Assembly (NCBI GenBank): GCA_963752475.1
Contig: CAVVYR010000014.1
Span: 98,721 to 162,720 of the forward strand
Reading direction: 5' to 3'
Source of the DNA: an uncultured Chloroflexia bacterium
Lineage (GTDB): Bacteria > Chloroflexota > Limnocylindria > Limnocylindrales > CSP1-4
DNA length: 64,000 bases
Shown: positions 1 through 11,553 of the stretch, piece by piece
Numbering within the stretch: position 1 is the stretch's first letter
Layout of the letters: each line of letters begins with the position of its first letter
Notes under the pieces: model-generated
Seen by the model: only the letters and a program-made list of their open reading frames with translations
Databases searched by the model: none
What the model was told of the DNA's origin: nothing
Position numbers and translations under genes: made by a program

Positions 1-57
1 GCGTGCTCATAGAAACCTCTCCCCGGGTGATGGGCTGTGGTCGATGTGCGATCGAGC

Positions 58-2055
<1,998 letters not shown>

Positions 2056-2108
2056 GAATGACCTGCTTTCGAAGTGAGACCGCCCGGGTAGCCGGGTCGG
2101 GAACCGCG

Positions 2109-2114
2109 ATTATA
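2109..2114 (-). promoter_or_regulatory. sigma70-type -10 element for ftsH
   Basis: Perfect TATAAT on minus strand ~55 nt upstream of ftsH in very GC-rich DNA. Confidence 0.6.
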
Positions 2115-2220
2115 GGCGCGCAGGCGGATTCGCCCATCTCTGCGGTGTGACAAGCGGGGCGGAGGGGCAACGCCCGCCGCCGCCCCAACCGCGCGGATGG
2201 GCTACCATGTCCGCCGCACC

Positions 2221-2295
2221 GGCTGGGTAGCTCAGTGGCAGAGCAAACGGCTCATAATCGTTAGGTCGGCAGTTCGAATCTGCCCCCAGCCACCA
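2221..2295 (+). tRNA. tRNA with CAT anticodon (elongator Met, or Ile2)
   Basis: Cloverleaf: acceptor GGCTGGG/CCCAGCC, D arm GCTC/GAGC, anticodon arm AACGG-CTCATAA-TCGTT, T arm GGCAG-TTCGAAT-CTGCC, discriminator A plus encoded CCA; TACCAT -10 at 2203-2208. Confidence 0.96.
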
Positions 2296-2310
2296 CTCTT
2301 GATATCGACG

Positions 2311-2346
2311 GACCCTCGGCGTCGCATGACGGCGGCACCGGGGGTC
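2311..2346 (+). terminator. GC-rich hairpin downstream of tRNA
   Basis: GACCCTCGG-c-GTCGC ... GCGGC-a-CCGGGGGTC inverted repeat; weak U-tail. Confidence 0.45.
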
Positions 2347-2395
2347 TCTCCATGTCCGGCGGCCTCACTCGGCCGAGGCGTGGCACACTCGGGGC

Positions 2396-2587
2396 ATGAA
2401 CGCACTGCGCGCGGTCTTCTCGGCCGTGGCCGACTCGATGACGCCTGACGGCACGATGGCACGGATCCGATTCCGCACCACTCTCGACATGCTGGTCACG
2501 TTCGCGGTGACGTTGCTCGCGATCGCCCTCGCCATCGGCTACCAGATCATCGGTCCTCTGGTGCGCCGCATGGGCTGGCTCGACTGA
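2396..2587 (+). CDS. small membrane protein, hypothetical (63 aa)
   Basis: One hydrophobic helix, GC3-rich codons, CACACT 6 nt before ATG (leaderless-type start). Confidence 0.55.
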   Translation: MNALRAVFSAVADSMTPDGTMARIRFRTTLDMLVTFAVTLLAIALAIGYQIIGPLVRRMGWLD

Positions 2588-2603
2588 CCGCGAGCCGACC
2601 CGG

Positions 2604-3602
2604 ATGAGCATGGACCAGGGCCCGCGATGGGAGCCCGTGGAGCCGCCCGTCTCGCAGCCGTCCGGACCCAAGCGCATGCGCCTCGGCGAGGTCTTCGATG
2701 TCGGAACCCGCATCCTGCGCCGGCATTGGGCTGTCTTGCTACTGACAGCGCTCCTGTTCGCAGGCCCCGGCGCACTCCTCAGCTCGGCCACTGCGATGCG
2801 CTTCACGGAGGTCTTCATCGATCTCTTCCCGGAGTTCGAGGATGGCGCCCTCGTGGACACGGGCCGCATCTTCACCGCCGCCGAGCTCGAGCGGGCGCTC
2901 GATGCGGTCATCCCCTTCCTGGGAGCCTCACTCGTAGCCGGCGTGCTCGGCAGCATCGGTGCGCTGGCTTTCAGCGCCACCGTGGCAGAGGACTACCACG
3001 CCCGTCCCGCCGGAGCCGGCACCATCCTGCGCGTCAGTCTGCGGCGTGCGCCCAGCGCCCTCGTCTTCATGCTCGTGACCGGACTGATGGTCGTGGGCCT
3101 CACGGTCCTGGGCCTCCTCGGCATGTCGGTCGCGACGCTGATCCTGCCGGCCGCGGGCGGCGGCGGTCCGGGTGTGTTCCTGGCCCTCATCGTGGCAGTA
3201 GCCATGGTCGTGGCGCTCGTCTACCTCACGATGCGCTGGGCGCCGGCCTACCCAGTGATGGTGGAAGAGGATGCGGGCTGGCGCGAGGCGTTGCGTCGCA
3301 GCTGGCACCTCAGCGGCGACAACGTGCTGCGCATCTTCGCGGTCTCGGCCGTGATCGCACTCATGACGGCCATCATCAGCTCCGTCCTGGGTGCGCTCTT
3401 CGAGGCCGCGCTCGCGGGCTTCCTGGCTCCGACGCTGGGGCTCGACGAGCTCGTCGCGAGCACCATCGCCCTGGCCGTGGCCTCGGCCTTCGTGGCTCCG
3501 GCGATGGCGGTGTTCACGGCCGTGCTTTACTTCGATCTGCGCGCCCGTCGTGACCAGCCAGATCCACCGTCGGCCCCGTCGTCGCACGACCCATACGCCT
3601 AA
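2604..3602 (+). CDS. multi-pass membrane protein (GDPD membrane-domain-like)
   Basis: About 6 TM helices; N-terminal 'MRLGEVFD' and C-terminal 'LYFDLRAR', plus 'ALRRSWHL', typical of this family. Confidence 0.75.
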   Translation: MSMDQGPRWEPVEPPVSQPSGPKRMRLGEVFDVGTRILRRHWAVLLLTALLFAGPGALLSSATAMRFTEVFIDLFPEFEDGALVDTGRIFTAAELERALDAVIPFLGASLVAGVLGSIGALAFSATVAEDYHARPAGAGTILRVSLRRAPSALVFMLVTGLMVVGLTVLGLLGMSVATLILPAAGGGGPGVFLALIVAVAMVVALVYLTMRWAPAYPVMVEEDAGWREALRRSWHLSGDNVLRIFAVSAVIALMTAIISSVLGALFEAALAGFLAPTLGLDELVASTIALAVASAFVAPAMAVFTAVLYFDLRARRDQPDPPSAPSSHDPYA

Positions 3603-3994
3603 GCGCCGAAGAGCAATTCCATCCAGGCGTCGAACGGCGCCATCCGCTCCTCGACGTCGAGCGGCCCGATGGGCGTGATGGGCTCCGGGGTCGGCGCATC
3701 TTCCGGCAACACGAACAGCTTCTCCCCCTGGCTCTTCTGACCAAAGCCGAGGGCGCGCGCCTGCCAGCGCACGAACTCCTCGGTCTCGAATAGGGCCTGC
3801 TCGGCCTCACCCTCGGCGAGCTCCAGCTCGAGCGCGGCCACCTCGACGCGGGCCTGCTCCGCTCTCGACTCGACATCGGTGGAGCGATCCAGCGAACCGC
3901 TGAAGAGCACCACGAGCGCGGTCGCCACGGCCAGGATCGCCGCCACGGCCAGGGCGCGGCGGCCGAAGAACGGAGCTTGACGGATGGCGGACAT
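3599..3994 (-). CDS. septum formation initiator family protein (DivIC/FtsB-like)
   Basis: N-terminal TM, coiled coil, 'EFVRWQARALGF...GEKLFV' motif. Confidence 0.75.
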   Translation of the reverse strand: MSAIRQAPFFGRRALAVAAILAVATALVVLFSGSLDRSTDVESRAEQARVEVAALELELAEGEAEQALFETEEFVRWQARALGFGQKSQGEKLFVLPEDAPTPEPITPIGPLDVEERMAPFDAWMELLFGA

Positions 3995-4102
3995 CGAGGG
4001 TGAGCGTAGAGATGTCGCCGAGGTGGTGTCAAACGGGCGGTCGGCCTGCTAGACTTCGTCCTTCAAACCGAACGGATGGTCTGTTTCATAGAGGTCGTCA
4101 AG

Positions 4103-6430
4103 ATGAGACTCCATCAACCCATGACTCCACTCGACGCACTCGAGCGGTTCCTCGCCGAGCCGGGCATCGGCGCGGCCGTGGCCGCACGCGAGGTGCTGCC
4201 CGCCCGCGAGGCGGTGTTCGCCCCCTTCCCGGAGTGGCTGGACCAGCGCCTCATCGGCGCGCTCGAGGGACGCGGCATCAGTGCGCTCTACAGCCATCAG
4301 AGGGAGGCGCTCGATGCGCTCCACGACGGCGAGGACGTGGTCATCGTCACGCCCACCGCATCGGGCAAGTCGCTCTGCTACAACCTGCCAGTCCTGCAGG
4401 AGGTCTGTGAGGACCCGGCGGCGCGGGCCCTCTACCTCTTCCCCACCAAGGCCCTCAGCCAGGACCAACTGGCCGAGTTTCGCGACCTCTCCGAGCAGGC
4501 GCGCATGGATCTCTCGGCGGCGGTCTACGACGGCGACACCCCGACGCCTATCCGGGCGGTCGTACGTGAGGCCGGCCAGGTCGTGGTGACGAACCCGGAC
4601 ATGCTGAGCACCGCGGTGCTGCCCCACCACACCAAGTGGTTCCAGCTCTTCGAGCAACTGCGTTACATCGTGGTCGACGAGGCCCATACCTACCGAGGCA
4701 TCTTCGGCAGCCACGTGGCCAACGTCCTACGGCGGCTGTTGCGAGTGTGTGCTCACTACGGCAGCAACCCGCGCATCGTCTGTTCTTCAGCCACCGTGGG
4801 CAATCCTGGCGAGCTGGCGCAGACGCTGACGGGCCGGCCGTTCCGTGTCATCGACAAGAGCGGTGCGCCGACCGGTGAGCGGCACGTGGTCGTGCTCGAT
4901 CCTCCGCCCATCGACCGACGTACAGGGGTCCGGCCCGGGCCCCACGCCCTGGCCTACAGGGCGGCGCTCTCGTTCCTGCGAGCCGGACGCCAGACCATCG
5001 TCTTCGGCCGCGCGCGAGTGGCCGTGGAGCTGCTGTTGAGCTCGCTGCGTGAGGCCATGCGTGAGGGGCGCGGACCGATCGACCGTCTGCGTGGCTACCG
5101 ATCCGGCTATCTGCCCAGCGAGCGGCGCGCCATCGAGACCGGACTGCGCAATGGGGAGATCCTCGGGGTCGTAGCCACCAACGCGCTCGAGCTGGGTATC
5201 GACATCGGTGCCCTCGATGCCTCGATCCTGGCCGGCTACCCGGGCACCATCGCCGCGACGTGGCAGCAGATGGGTCGCTCCGGCCGTCGCGGGGAGACCA
5301 GCGTGTCCATCCTCGTGGCCGGTGCCGGCGCCCTCGACCGCTACGTGGCCAGCCACCCGCAGTACCTCTTCGAGGCCACTCCAGAGGAGGCGCGGCTGGA
5401 CCCGGAGAACCTGCATGTGCTGCTGGCACACCTGCGCGCGGCGACCTTCGAGCTGCCCTTCGCCCCGGGCGAGTCGTTCGGCGCAGCCCCGGCTCACGAC
5501 CTACTCGCCTTCCTGGCCGAGGAGGCGCATGTGCGCCAGGCCAGTGACGGGCGCTGGTACTGGGCCAGCGAGAACTTCCCGGCATCGGAGATCAACCTGC
5601 GTCTGGGTGCGCCGGAGAACGTGCTCATCATCGACACCGGGCCCGAGCGACCGCGCGTGCTGGGCGAGGTGGACCTCTTTGCCGCGCGGCAGCTGGTGCA
5701 CCCCAAGGCCATCTACCTGCATGACTCGCAGCAGTACCACGTGGACGAGCTGGACTGGGAGGAGCGCAAGGCCATGGTGCGGCCGGTGGACAGCGACTAC
5801 TACACGCAGGCAGAGCTGGCGGTCACGCTCAAGCCGCTCGACGTCTTCGACCGGGCACCGCGTACCGCCGGCAGCCGCCAGCACGGCGAGGTCATGATCA
5901 GCTCGATCGCCACCATCTTCAAGAAGCTGAAGCTGGACACACACGAGAACGTCGGCTGGGGCTCGATCGACCTGCCGGAGATGGAGCTGCACACCACGGC
6001 CTGGTGGGTCGCGCTCGATCCGCAGGGCGTGGCAGATTGGCGTCGCGAGGAGCTCGATGCCGCACTCGTCGGTGCCGGCCGGGCCCTGCAGACGGTGGCC
6101 AGCGTGCTGCTCATGGCCGATGCCCACGATCTCGGCCTGGTGGCCCAGGTCCAGTCGCCACACGCCGAGCAACCGGTCATCTACCTGTGGGAGGCGGCCC
6201 CGGGTGGTGTGGGCATGTCCCCTCGTCTCTTCGAGCGGACCGAGGAACTCATCGAAGGCGCGCTCGACCTGGTCGGCGGGTGCGACTGCGAAGTCGGCTG
6301 TCCGGCCTGTGTCGGCCCGCGCGGCGAGAGCCGGCTCGATGGTCGGGCCCTGGCCACACGCCTGCTGCGCCATCTCACCGGCACGTCCGCCTCTGGCCTC
6401 GCGGCCACGCCGTCGGAGGTCGCGGCGTGA
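4103..6430 (+). CDS. DEAH-box helicase with DUF1998 Zn domain (YprA/MrfA/Hrq family)
   Basis: TPTASGKS, DEAH, SAT, ATNALELGIDIG, QQMGRSGR, C-terminal CDC...CPAC; start moved to the ATG 7 nt after GAGGT. Confidence 0.92.
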   Translation: MRLHQPMTPLDALERFLAEPGIGAAVAAREVLPAREAVFAPFPEWLDQRLIGALEGRGISALYSHQREALDALHDGEDVVIVTPTASGKSLCYNLPVLQEVCEDPAARALYLFPTKALSQDQLAEFRDLSEQARMDLSAAVYDGDTPTPIRAVVREAGQVVVTNPDMLSTAVLPHHTKWFQLFEQLRYIVVDEAHTYRGIFGSHVANVLRRLLRVCAHYGSNPRIVCSSATVGNPGELAQTLTGRPFRVIDKSGAPTGERHVVVLDPPPIDRRTGVRPGPHALAYRAALSFLRAGRQTIVFGRARVAVELLLSSLREAMREGRGPIDRLRGYRSGYLPSERRAIETGLRNGEILGVVATNALELGIDIGALDASILAGYPGTIAATWQQMGRSGRRGETSVSILVAGAGALDRYVASHPQYLFEATPEEARLDPENLHVLLAHLRAATFELPFAPGESFGAAPAHDLLAFLAEEAHVRQASDGRWYWASENFPASEINLRLGAPENVLIIDTGPERPRVLGEVDLFAARQLVHPKAIYLHDSQQYHVDELDWEERKAMVRPVDSDYYTQAELAVTLKPLDVFDRAPRTAGSRQHGEVMISSIATIFKKLKLDTHENVGWGSIDLPEMELHTTAWWVALDPQGVADWRREELDAALVGAGRALQTVASVLLMADAHDLGLVAQVQSPHAEQPVIYLWEAAPGGVGMSPRLFERTEELIEGALDLVGGCDCEVGCPACVGPRGESRLDGRALATRLLRHLTGTSASGLAATPSEVAA

Positions 6431-7722
6431 CATCGGAGCTGGCGCCCACGCCGTCCAGCCTTTCGGGCGTGGACCCGATCGCCGCCGGTCAGCTGCGGCG
6501 CTCTCGTCTCCAGCGTCTGCGGGATGCCAACGTCCGCGACGCCGGGGAGATGGTGCGTCGCCCGGAGATCCCCGAGCCTCGCGCCGATCGCGCGCAACGG
6601 CTGGCCGCGGATGTCGGTGGTTTCGTGCAGGAGACCCCCGAGCGACCGATCGTCATGCTCGAGTCGCGAGAGCCCATCGCGCGCGAGCTCGATGGGCTGG
6701 CCGCGCTCCCGGAACCCGTGGACCCCACGCGACCCTTCGTCCTCTTCGACACGGAGACCACCGGTCTGGGCAGCGGTACGGGCACGGTGCCCTTCCTCGT
6801 CGGCGTGGGCAAGTGGGATGGCGACGACTTCGTGACCCATCAGCTGCTGTTGCCAGAACAATCTGATGAGGGCGGCTATCTGGACGCTTTGGAGGCGCTC
6901 ATCCCACCTGACGCGGTACTGGTCTCGTACAACGGGCGCACCTTCGACTGGCCGTTGCTCGTGGCGCGCTACCGGCTGCATGGGCGCAGGCCACCACGCT
7001 ACGCGGAGCACCTGGACCTGCTCCCGTTGGCACGTTCGCTGTGGAGGCACCGGTTGCCGGACGCACGTCTGGCCTCGGTCGAGGCTGGCATCTGCGGTGT
7101 CCAGCGCGATCACGACCTGGCCGGGGCCCTGGTGCCGGGGCGTTATCTCGACTACCTCCGGCACGGTCGTGGCACACTCCTGCGTGATGTCCTCGAGCAC
7201 AACCGGCAGGACGTGGTCTCGATGGCGCTGGTGTTGCGAGTGTTGTCGTTGGAGCTCGCGCCGGTGGCGGCCTCTGGTCGCGCGCCGGCATCGGTCCATG
7301 CCGGTGACCTCGGCGGTCTCGGGCGCGCCTATGCTCGGAAGAAGCGACACGACGAAGCCCTGACCTGCTTCGACGCGGCCATGGAGCGCCTGGTCGAACC
7401 GTGGGAGTCACAGGCCTACGAGTCCATCGCCATGGATCGAGCACGCACGCTGACACGCATGGGTCAGCGAGCTGAGGCCGAGGGCGCCTGGCACGCCATC
7501 GCCCTCGAGGGTGGCGAGCACGCGGCCTGGGCCTGGTTGCACGTAGCCAAGCATCGTGAGCACGACACCCGCGACTTCGAGGCTGCGCTGGAGGCGACCG
7601 AGCGAGCGCGGGCGCTTGCCGAGCGCCGCCGGCTCTTCGGGCTACGGGACCGCCATGTCGAGCGAGATCTGGCCCGTCGGGTCCCTCGCTTGCGTCGTCG
7701 GCTGGCGGCGGCCGCGGCCTAG
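6427..7722 (+). CDS. RNase H-like DEDD exonuclease with TPR-like C-terminus (YprB/MrfB family)
   Basis: FDTETTGL, SYNGRTFDWP, HLDLL, HNRQDV; GTG start overlaps the helicase stop (GTGA). Confidence 0.88.
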   Translation: MTSELAPTPSSLSGVDPIAAGQLRRSRLQRLRDANVRDAGEMVRRPEIPEPRADRAQRLAADVGGFVQETPERPIVMLESREPIARELDGLAALPEPVDPTRPFVLFDTETTGLGSGTGTVPFLVGVGKWDGDDFVTHQLLLPEQSDEGGYLDALEALIPPDAVLVSYNGRTFDWPLLVARYRLHGRRPPRYAEHLDLLPLARSLWRHRLPDARLASVEAGICGVQRDHDLAGALVPGRYLDYLRHGRGTLLRDVLEHNRQDVVSMALVLRVLSLELAPVAASGRAPASVHAGDLGGLGRAYARKKRHDEALTCFDAAMERLVEPWESQAYESIAMDRARTLTRMGQRAEAEGAWHAIALEGGEHAAWAWLHVAKHREHDTRDFEAALEATERARALAERRRLFGLRDRHVERDLARRVPRLRRRLAAAAA

Positions 7723-7782
7723 GCGCGACGGCTTCGGCGGCTGCGGACAAGGGCACAGCCGCATGCGCTAGGGTCTTGACCC

Positions 7783-9015
7783 ATGAGTGACGCCAGTGGC
7801 GCAGGCGCGGCGACGATCGAGTTCGAGCACGTCTCCAAGCACTACGACGCGGGAACGCTGAAGTCCGGCGCCCCTGGTGCGGTCGACGACCTCTCGCTGA
7901 CGGTGCCCGCCGGGCGCATCTGCGTACTCGTCGGTCCTTCGGGTTGTGGCAAGACCACGACCTTGAAGATGGTCAATCGGCTCATCGAACCCAGCTCCGG
8001 ACGCATCCTCATCGACGGCGTCGATATCGCGGGCCAGGACGTGACCGAGCTGCGGCGCGGTATCGGCTACGTCATCCAGCAGGTGGGCCTCTTCCCGCAC
8101 CAGTCGATCGCCGAGAACGTCAGCACCGTGCCCCGCCTGTTGGGCTGGGGCAGGGACAAGCAGCGCGCCCGCGCCGACGAGCTGCTGGCGATCGTCGGCC
8201 TCGAGCCGGGCAAGTACCGCGACCGCTATCCCAGCCAGCTCTCCGGCGGAGAGCGCCAGCGCGTCGGTGTCGCACGGGCGCTGGCCGCAGACCCACCGGT
8301 CATGCTCATGGACGAACCCTTCGGCGCGGTCGACCCGATCGTGCGCGGACGCCTGCAGAACGAGTTCCTGCGTCTGCAGGAGGACCTGGCCAAGACCATC
8401 CTCTTCGTGACTCACGACATCGATGAGGCCATCAAGATGGGTGATCTCGTCGTGGTCATGCAGCTCGGAGGCAAGATCGCCCAGGTCGGGGCACCCGCGG
8501 AGCTCCTGGCTGACCCTGCCAGCGAGTACGTGGCCCGCTTCGTCGGTGCCGACCGCGGACTCAAGCGCCTATCGCTGTACCGCGTTGGCGATGTCGCGCT
8601 TGAGCCGGCACCGGCCGTTCGCGTGGGCCAGTCCGTGGGCGACATCCTGGCCGAGCACCGCGAGACGTACCACGGCTTCGCCCTGCTGGTTGACGATGCG
8701 GAGCAGCCCATCGGCTGGGTGGAGATGGCCGAGCTGGACCCCGGCTCGCGGTTGCACGAGGAGGATGCCGATCCCATGTCTCCCCTCCTCGACCCGCGAG
8801 CGACGCTCAAGGACGCCACCTCCCGCCTGCTCGATGCGGAGGTGCGCAACGGCGTGGTCACCGACCGAGATGGACGCGTGCTGGGCTTGCTCACGCTGCG
8901 AGCGATCATGGACTGGATGCAGGACGACCGCTCGCGTGACGTGCCCGACGACATCGCCGATGCTGTCGCCGAGGCGGTCGTAGCCGACCAGGAGCCTACG
9001 CCGCCGGCGGCGTAG
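7783..9015 (+). CDS. osmoprotectant ABC transporter ATP-binding subunit (OpuCA/ProV-like), CBS-like C-terminus
   Basis: GPSGCGKT, LSGGERQR, LMDEPFGAVD, VTHD; 'LRRGIGYVIQ' OpuCA signature. Confidence 0.93.
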   Translation: MSDASGAGAATIEFEHVSKHYDAGTLKSGAPGAVDDLSLTVPAGRICVLVGPSGCGKTTTLKMVNRLIEPSSGRILIDGVDIAGQDVTELRRGIGYVIQQVGLFPHQSIAENVSTVPRLLGWGRDKQRARADELLAIVGLEPGKYRDRYPSQLSGGERQRVGVARALAADPPVMLMDEPFGAVDPIVRGRLQNEFLRLQEDLAKTILFVTHDIDEAIKMGDLVVVMQLGGKIAQVGAPAELLADPASEYVARFVGADRGLKRLSLYRVGDVALEPAPAVRVGQSVGDILAEHRETYHGFALLVDDAEQPIGWVEMAELDPGSRLHEEDADPMSPLLDPRATLKDATSRLLDAEVRNGVVTDRDGRVLGLLTLRAIMDWMQDDRSRDVPDDIADAVAEAVVADQEPTPPAA

Positions 9016-9024
9016 GGAGCGGAC

Positions 9025-9687
9025 ATGATCGAGATCCGCTGGGACTGGATCGCGAGCCACCTCGACGACGTGGCGGAGAAGACGTGGCAGCACCTGCAGC
9101 TGCTGTTCATCCCCATGGTCGCGGGCTTCGTCATCGCCTTCGCCCTGGCGGTGCTGGCGCTGCGCCGCCCGGGTACGGTCGGTCCGGTCACCGCGGTCAC
9201 CGGTTTGCTCTACACGATCCCCAGCCTGGCCGCGTTCGCCGTGCTCATCCCCATCACGGGCCTGTCACTGATGACCGCCATCATCCCGCTGACCACGTAC
9301 ACGCTGCTCATCCTCTACGTCAACACCGTGGCGGGTCTGCGCTCCGTGCCACCAGAGGTGAACGAGGCTGCCGACGCGATGGGCTACACGCAGCGCGCCC
9401 GACTCCTGCGCGTACAGCTGCCGCTGGCCATCCCGCTGATCTTCGCCGGCATCCGCGTCGCGGCGGTCACGACCATCGGCCTCGTCACCGTGGCCGCCAT
9501 CATCGGCGGCAATCGCTTCGGCGGACTCGGCCAGTTCATCACCGAGGGTCTGCAGACGGACTTCGACACCAAGATCTACCTCGGTGCCGTGGGCTCGGTC
9601 ATCCTCGCCTTCGTCGTGGACGGGCTGCTCGTCGGGCTGCAACGGCTGCTCACACCGTGGACGCGCGCACGAGCGGAGGGCGGCTAG
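9025..9687 (+). CDS. osmoprotectant ABC transporter permease
   Basis: 'YTIPSLA', EAA loop 'EAADAMGY', 'GGLG'. Confidence 0.9.
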   Translation: MIEIRWDWIASHLDDVAEKTWQHLQLLFIPMVAGFVIAFALAVLALRRPGTVGPVTAVTGLLYTIPSLAAFAVLIPITGLSLMTAIIPLTTYTLLILYVNTVAGLRSVPPEVNEAADAMGYTQRARLLRVQLPLAIPLIFAGIRVAAVTTIGLVTVAAIIGGNRFGGLGQFITEGLQTDFDTKIYLGAVGSVILAFVVDGLLVGLQRLLTPWTRARAEGG

Positions 9688-9690
9688 ACC

Positions 9691-10425
9691 ATGGAACAGC
9701 TGCTGGAGTTCTTCGCTGACTCGGCCAACTGGCAGGGGGACACGGGCATCCCGAACCGGCTGCTGGAGCACCTCGCCATCTCCTTCCTGGCCGTGCTCAC
9801 CGCCTCGGCCATCGCGCTTCCGCTGGGGTTCTACATCGGGCATACCGGCCGGCTGCAGCTGCTGGGCATCAACATCGCCAACATCGGTCGCGCCATCCCG
9901 TCCTACGCGGTGATGGTCATGCTGCTTCCGATCATGCTCGGCTTGGCGCCGATACTGGGCTACGACCCGCGGCTCGGTCTGCGCTTCTTCCCCATCTTCC
10001 TGGCCATGGTGCTGCTGGCCATCCCGCCCATCCTCGTGGCCGCCTACGCCGGTCTGCAGGAGGTCGATCGCGACCTCACGGAGTCGTCGCGTGGGATGGG
10101 TCTGACCGAGCGGCAGATCCTGACCGGTGTGGAGCTGCCGCTGGCGCTGCCGGTGCTGGTGGGCGGCTTCCGCGTTGCGCTGCTGCAGGTCATCGCCACC
10201 GCCACCATCGGCGCGTTCCTCGCTGGCGGCGGGCTGGGGCGCTACATCATCGACGGCATCGCCCGCCGTGACGACGGCATGCTCTATGGGGGTGTCGTGC
10301 TCGTGGCTGTGCTCGCGGTAGGCACGGACGTCCTGCTCTCGTGGCTTGAGCGTCGGCTCACGCCCAAGGGGGTTCGTGTTGCCACCGAACTCGAGGCTGA
10401 GCGCGCCGGCGCAGCGACATCGTGA
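9691..10425 (+). CDS. osmoprotectant ABC transporter permease
   Basis: 'RAIPS', 'ESSRGMG', 'VELPLALP', 'GGGLGRYI'. Confidence 0.9.
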   Translation: MEQLLEFFADSANWQGDTGIPNRLLEHLAISFLAVLTASAIALPLGFYIGHTGRLQLLGINIANIGRAIPSYAVMVMLLPIMLGLAPILGYDPRLGLRFFPIFLAMVLLAIPPILVAAYAGLQEVDRDLTESSRGMGLTERQILTGVELPLALPVLVGGFRVALLQVIATATIGAFLAGGGLGRYIIDGIARRDDGMLYGGVVLVAVLAVGTDVLLSWLERRLTPKGVRVATELEAERAGAATS

Positions 10426-10525
10426 GGGGCCGCTACACGGAAATCGAACCGACTGGGCTAGGGTTATGCCGTGATCGCCGTCGCCAGATGGCGCCCGGTC
10501 ACCGAATCGACAAAGGGAGGTACCC

Positions 10526-11485
10526 ATGCGGAGTACCCGCAGACTCGCCCTCGGGGCGTCGGTCCTGGCCACGGTCGCGTTGGTCGGAACGACGGGAGGG
10601 GGCGCGATCGTCTCGGCCCAGGATCAGCCGACCGTGCGTATCGGCTCTGACGGCTTCTACGAGTCGCAGCTGATGGCCGAGATCTACGCCCAGGCGCTCG
10701 AAGCCAACGGCTTCGGCGTCGACCGCCAGCTGGCTATCGGCGCTCGCCCAGCGCGCGTCGAGGCCTTCGAGTCGGGCCAGATCGACCTCACACCCGAGTA
10801 CGTCGGCTCCGGCCTCGGCTTCTACGTCGTCGGCTCTGAGAACGAAGAGCTCGCGGCCATCGAGGTCAGCGGCGACGGTGAGACCAACCGCACCAACCTG
10901 CAGGCAGCCCTCGATATCTCCGGCGTCGATGCCACCGTGCTGGCCATCACGGCCGGTGAGGACACCAACGCCGCTGTCGTGCGTGGCGATACGGCTGAGG
11001 AGCTCGGTGTCTCGAGCATCAGCGATCTGGCTGCGGTGGCCGACCAGGTCACCTTCGGACTGCCGCCCGAGTGCGAAGTGAACGCGCTTTGCCGCGGCGC
11101 GCTCGAGGATGGCTACGGCATCGCCTGGCCGCCCGCGAACCTGGAGCTGCTCCCGCCCTGTGGCGCTGAGATGGCCGGCGCGCTCGAGGGCAACGCCATC
11201 GACGTGGCTTGGCTCTGCTCGACCCAGCCGATCATCGCCCAGAACGGGTGGGTGGTCCTCGAGGACGACCTCGATACCCAGCCCGCCGAGAACCTGGCAC
11301 CGATCGTGCGCAACGACTTCCTCGAAGGCGTCGACGGTGGCGCTGAGGCCATCGCCGCCATCCTCGACCCCATCTCCGCCGAGGTCACGACCGACGTCCT
11401 GACCGAGCTCGGTGTGCGCGTCGCCGTGGACCAGGAGTCCATCGACGACGTGGCCGCTGAGTTCCTCTCCAGCCTGGAGGGCTAG
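10526..11485 (+). CDS. glycine betaine/choline-type ABC substrate-binding protein (OpuCC/OsmF-like)
   Basis: Signal peptide, 'IGSDGFYESQLMAEIYAQALE', 'PEYVG', 'LEDD'; SD GGGAGG. Confidence 0.9.
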   Translation: MRSTRRLALGASVLATVALVGTTGGGAIVSAQDQPTVRIGSDGFYESQLMAEIYAQALEANGFGVDRQLAIGARPARVEAFESGQIDLTPEYVGSGLGFYVVGSENEELAAIEVSGDGETNRTNLQAALDISGVDATVLAITAGEDTNAAVVRGDTAEELGVSSISDLAAVADQVTFGLPPECEVNALCRGALEDGYGIAWPPANLELLPPCGAEMAGALEGNAIDVAWLCSTQPIIAQNGWVVLEDDLDTQPAENLAPIVRNDFLEGVDGGAEAIAAILDPISAEVTTDVLTELGVRVAVDQESIDDVAAEFLSSLEG

Positions 11486-11502
11486 CACGGACCATCCGCC
11501 AA

Positions 11503-11544
11503 GCGAAGAAGCGGCCTCGGGCACGACCCGGGGCCGCTTTCGTT
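11503..11544. terminator. probable bidirectional terminator between convergent operons
   Basis: AAGCGGCCTCGGG-cacga-CCCGGGGCCGCTT hairpin followed by TCGTT. Confidence 0.7.
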
Positions 11545-11553
11545 CGTCTCGGG

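Noticed and set aside
2221-2600. tRNA as an island integration site
   Set aside because: No integrase, no duplicated tRNA 3' end noticed, and the flanking genes are housekeeping.
6004-6426. N-terminal extensions of longest ORFs (also 12478-12876, 14357-14695, 30389-30991, 38803-39237, 58804-59022, 59700-59918, 61679-62215)
   Set aside because: They overlap neighbouring genes in other frames and read as non-coding; starts were reassigned using SD sites, overlaps and family N-termini.
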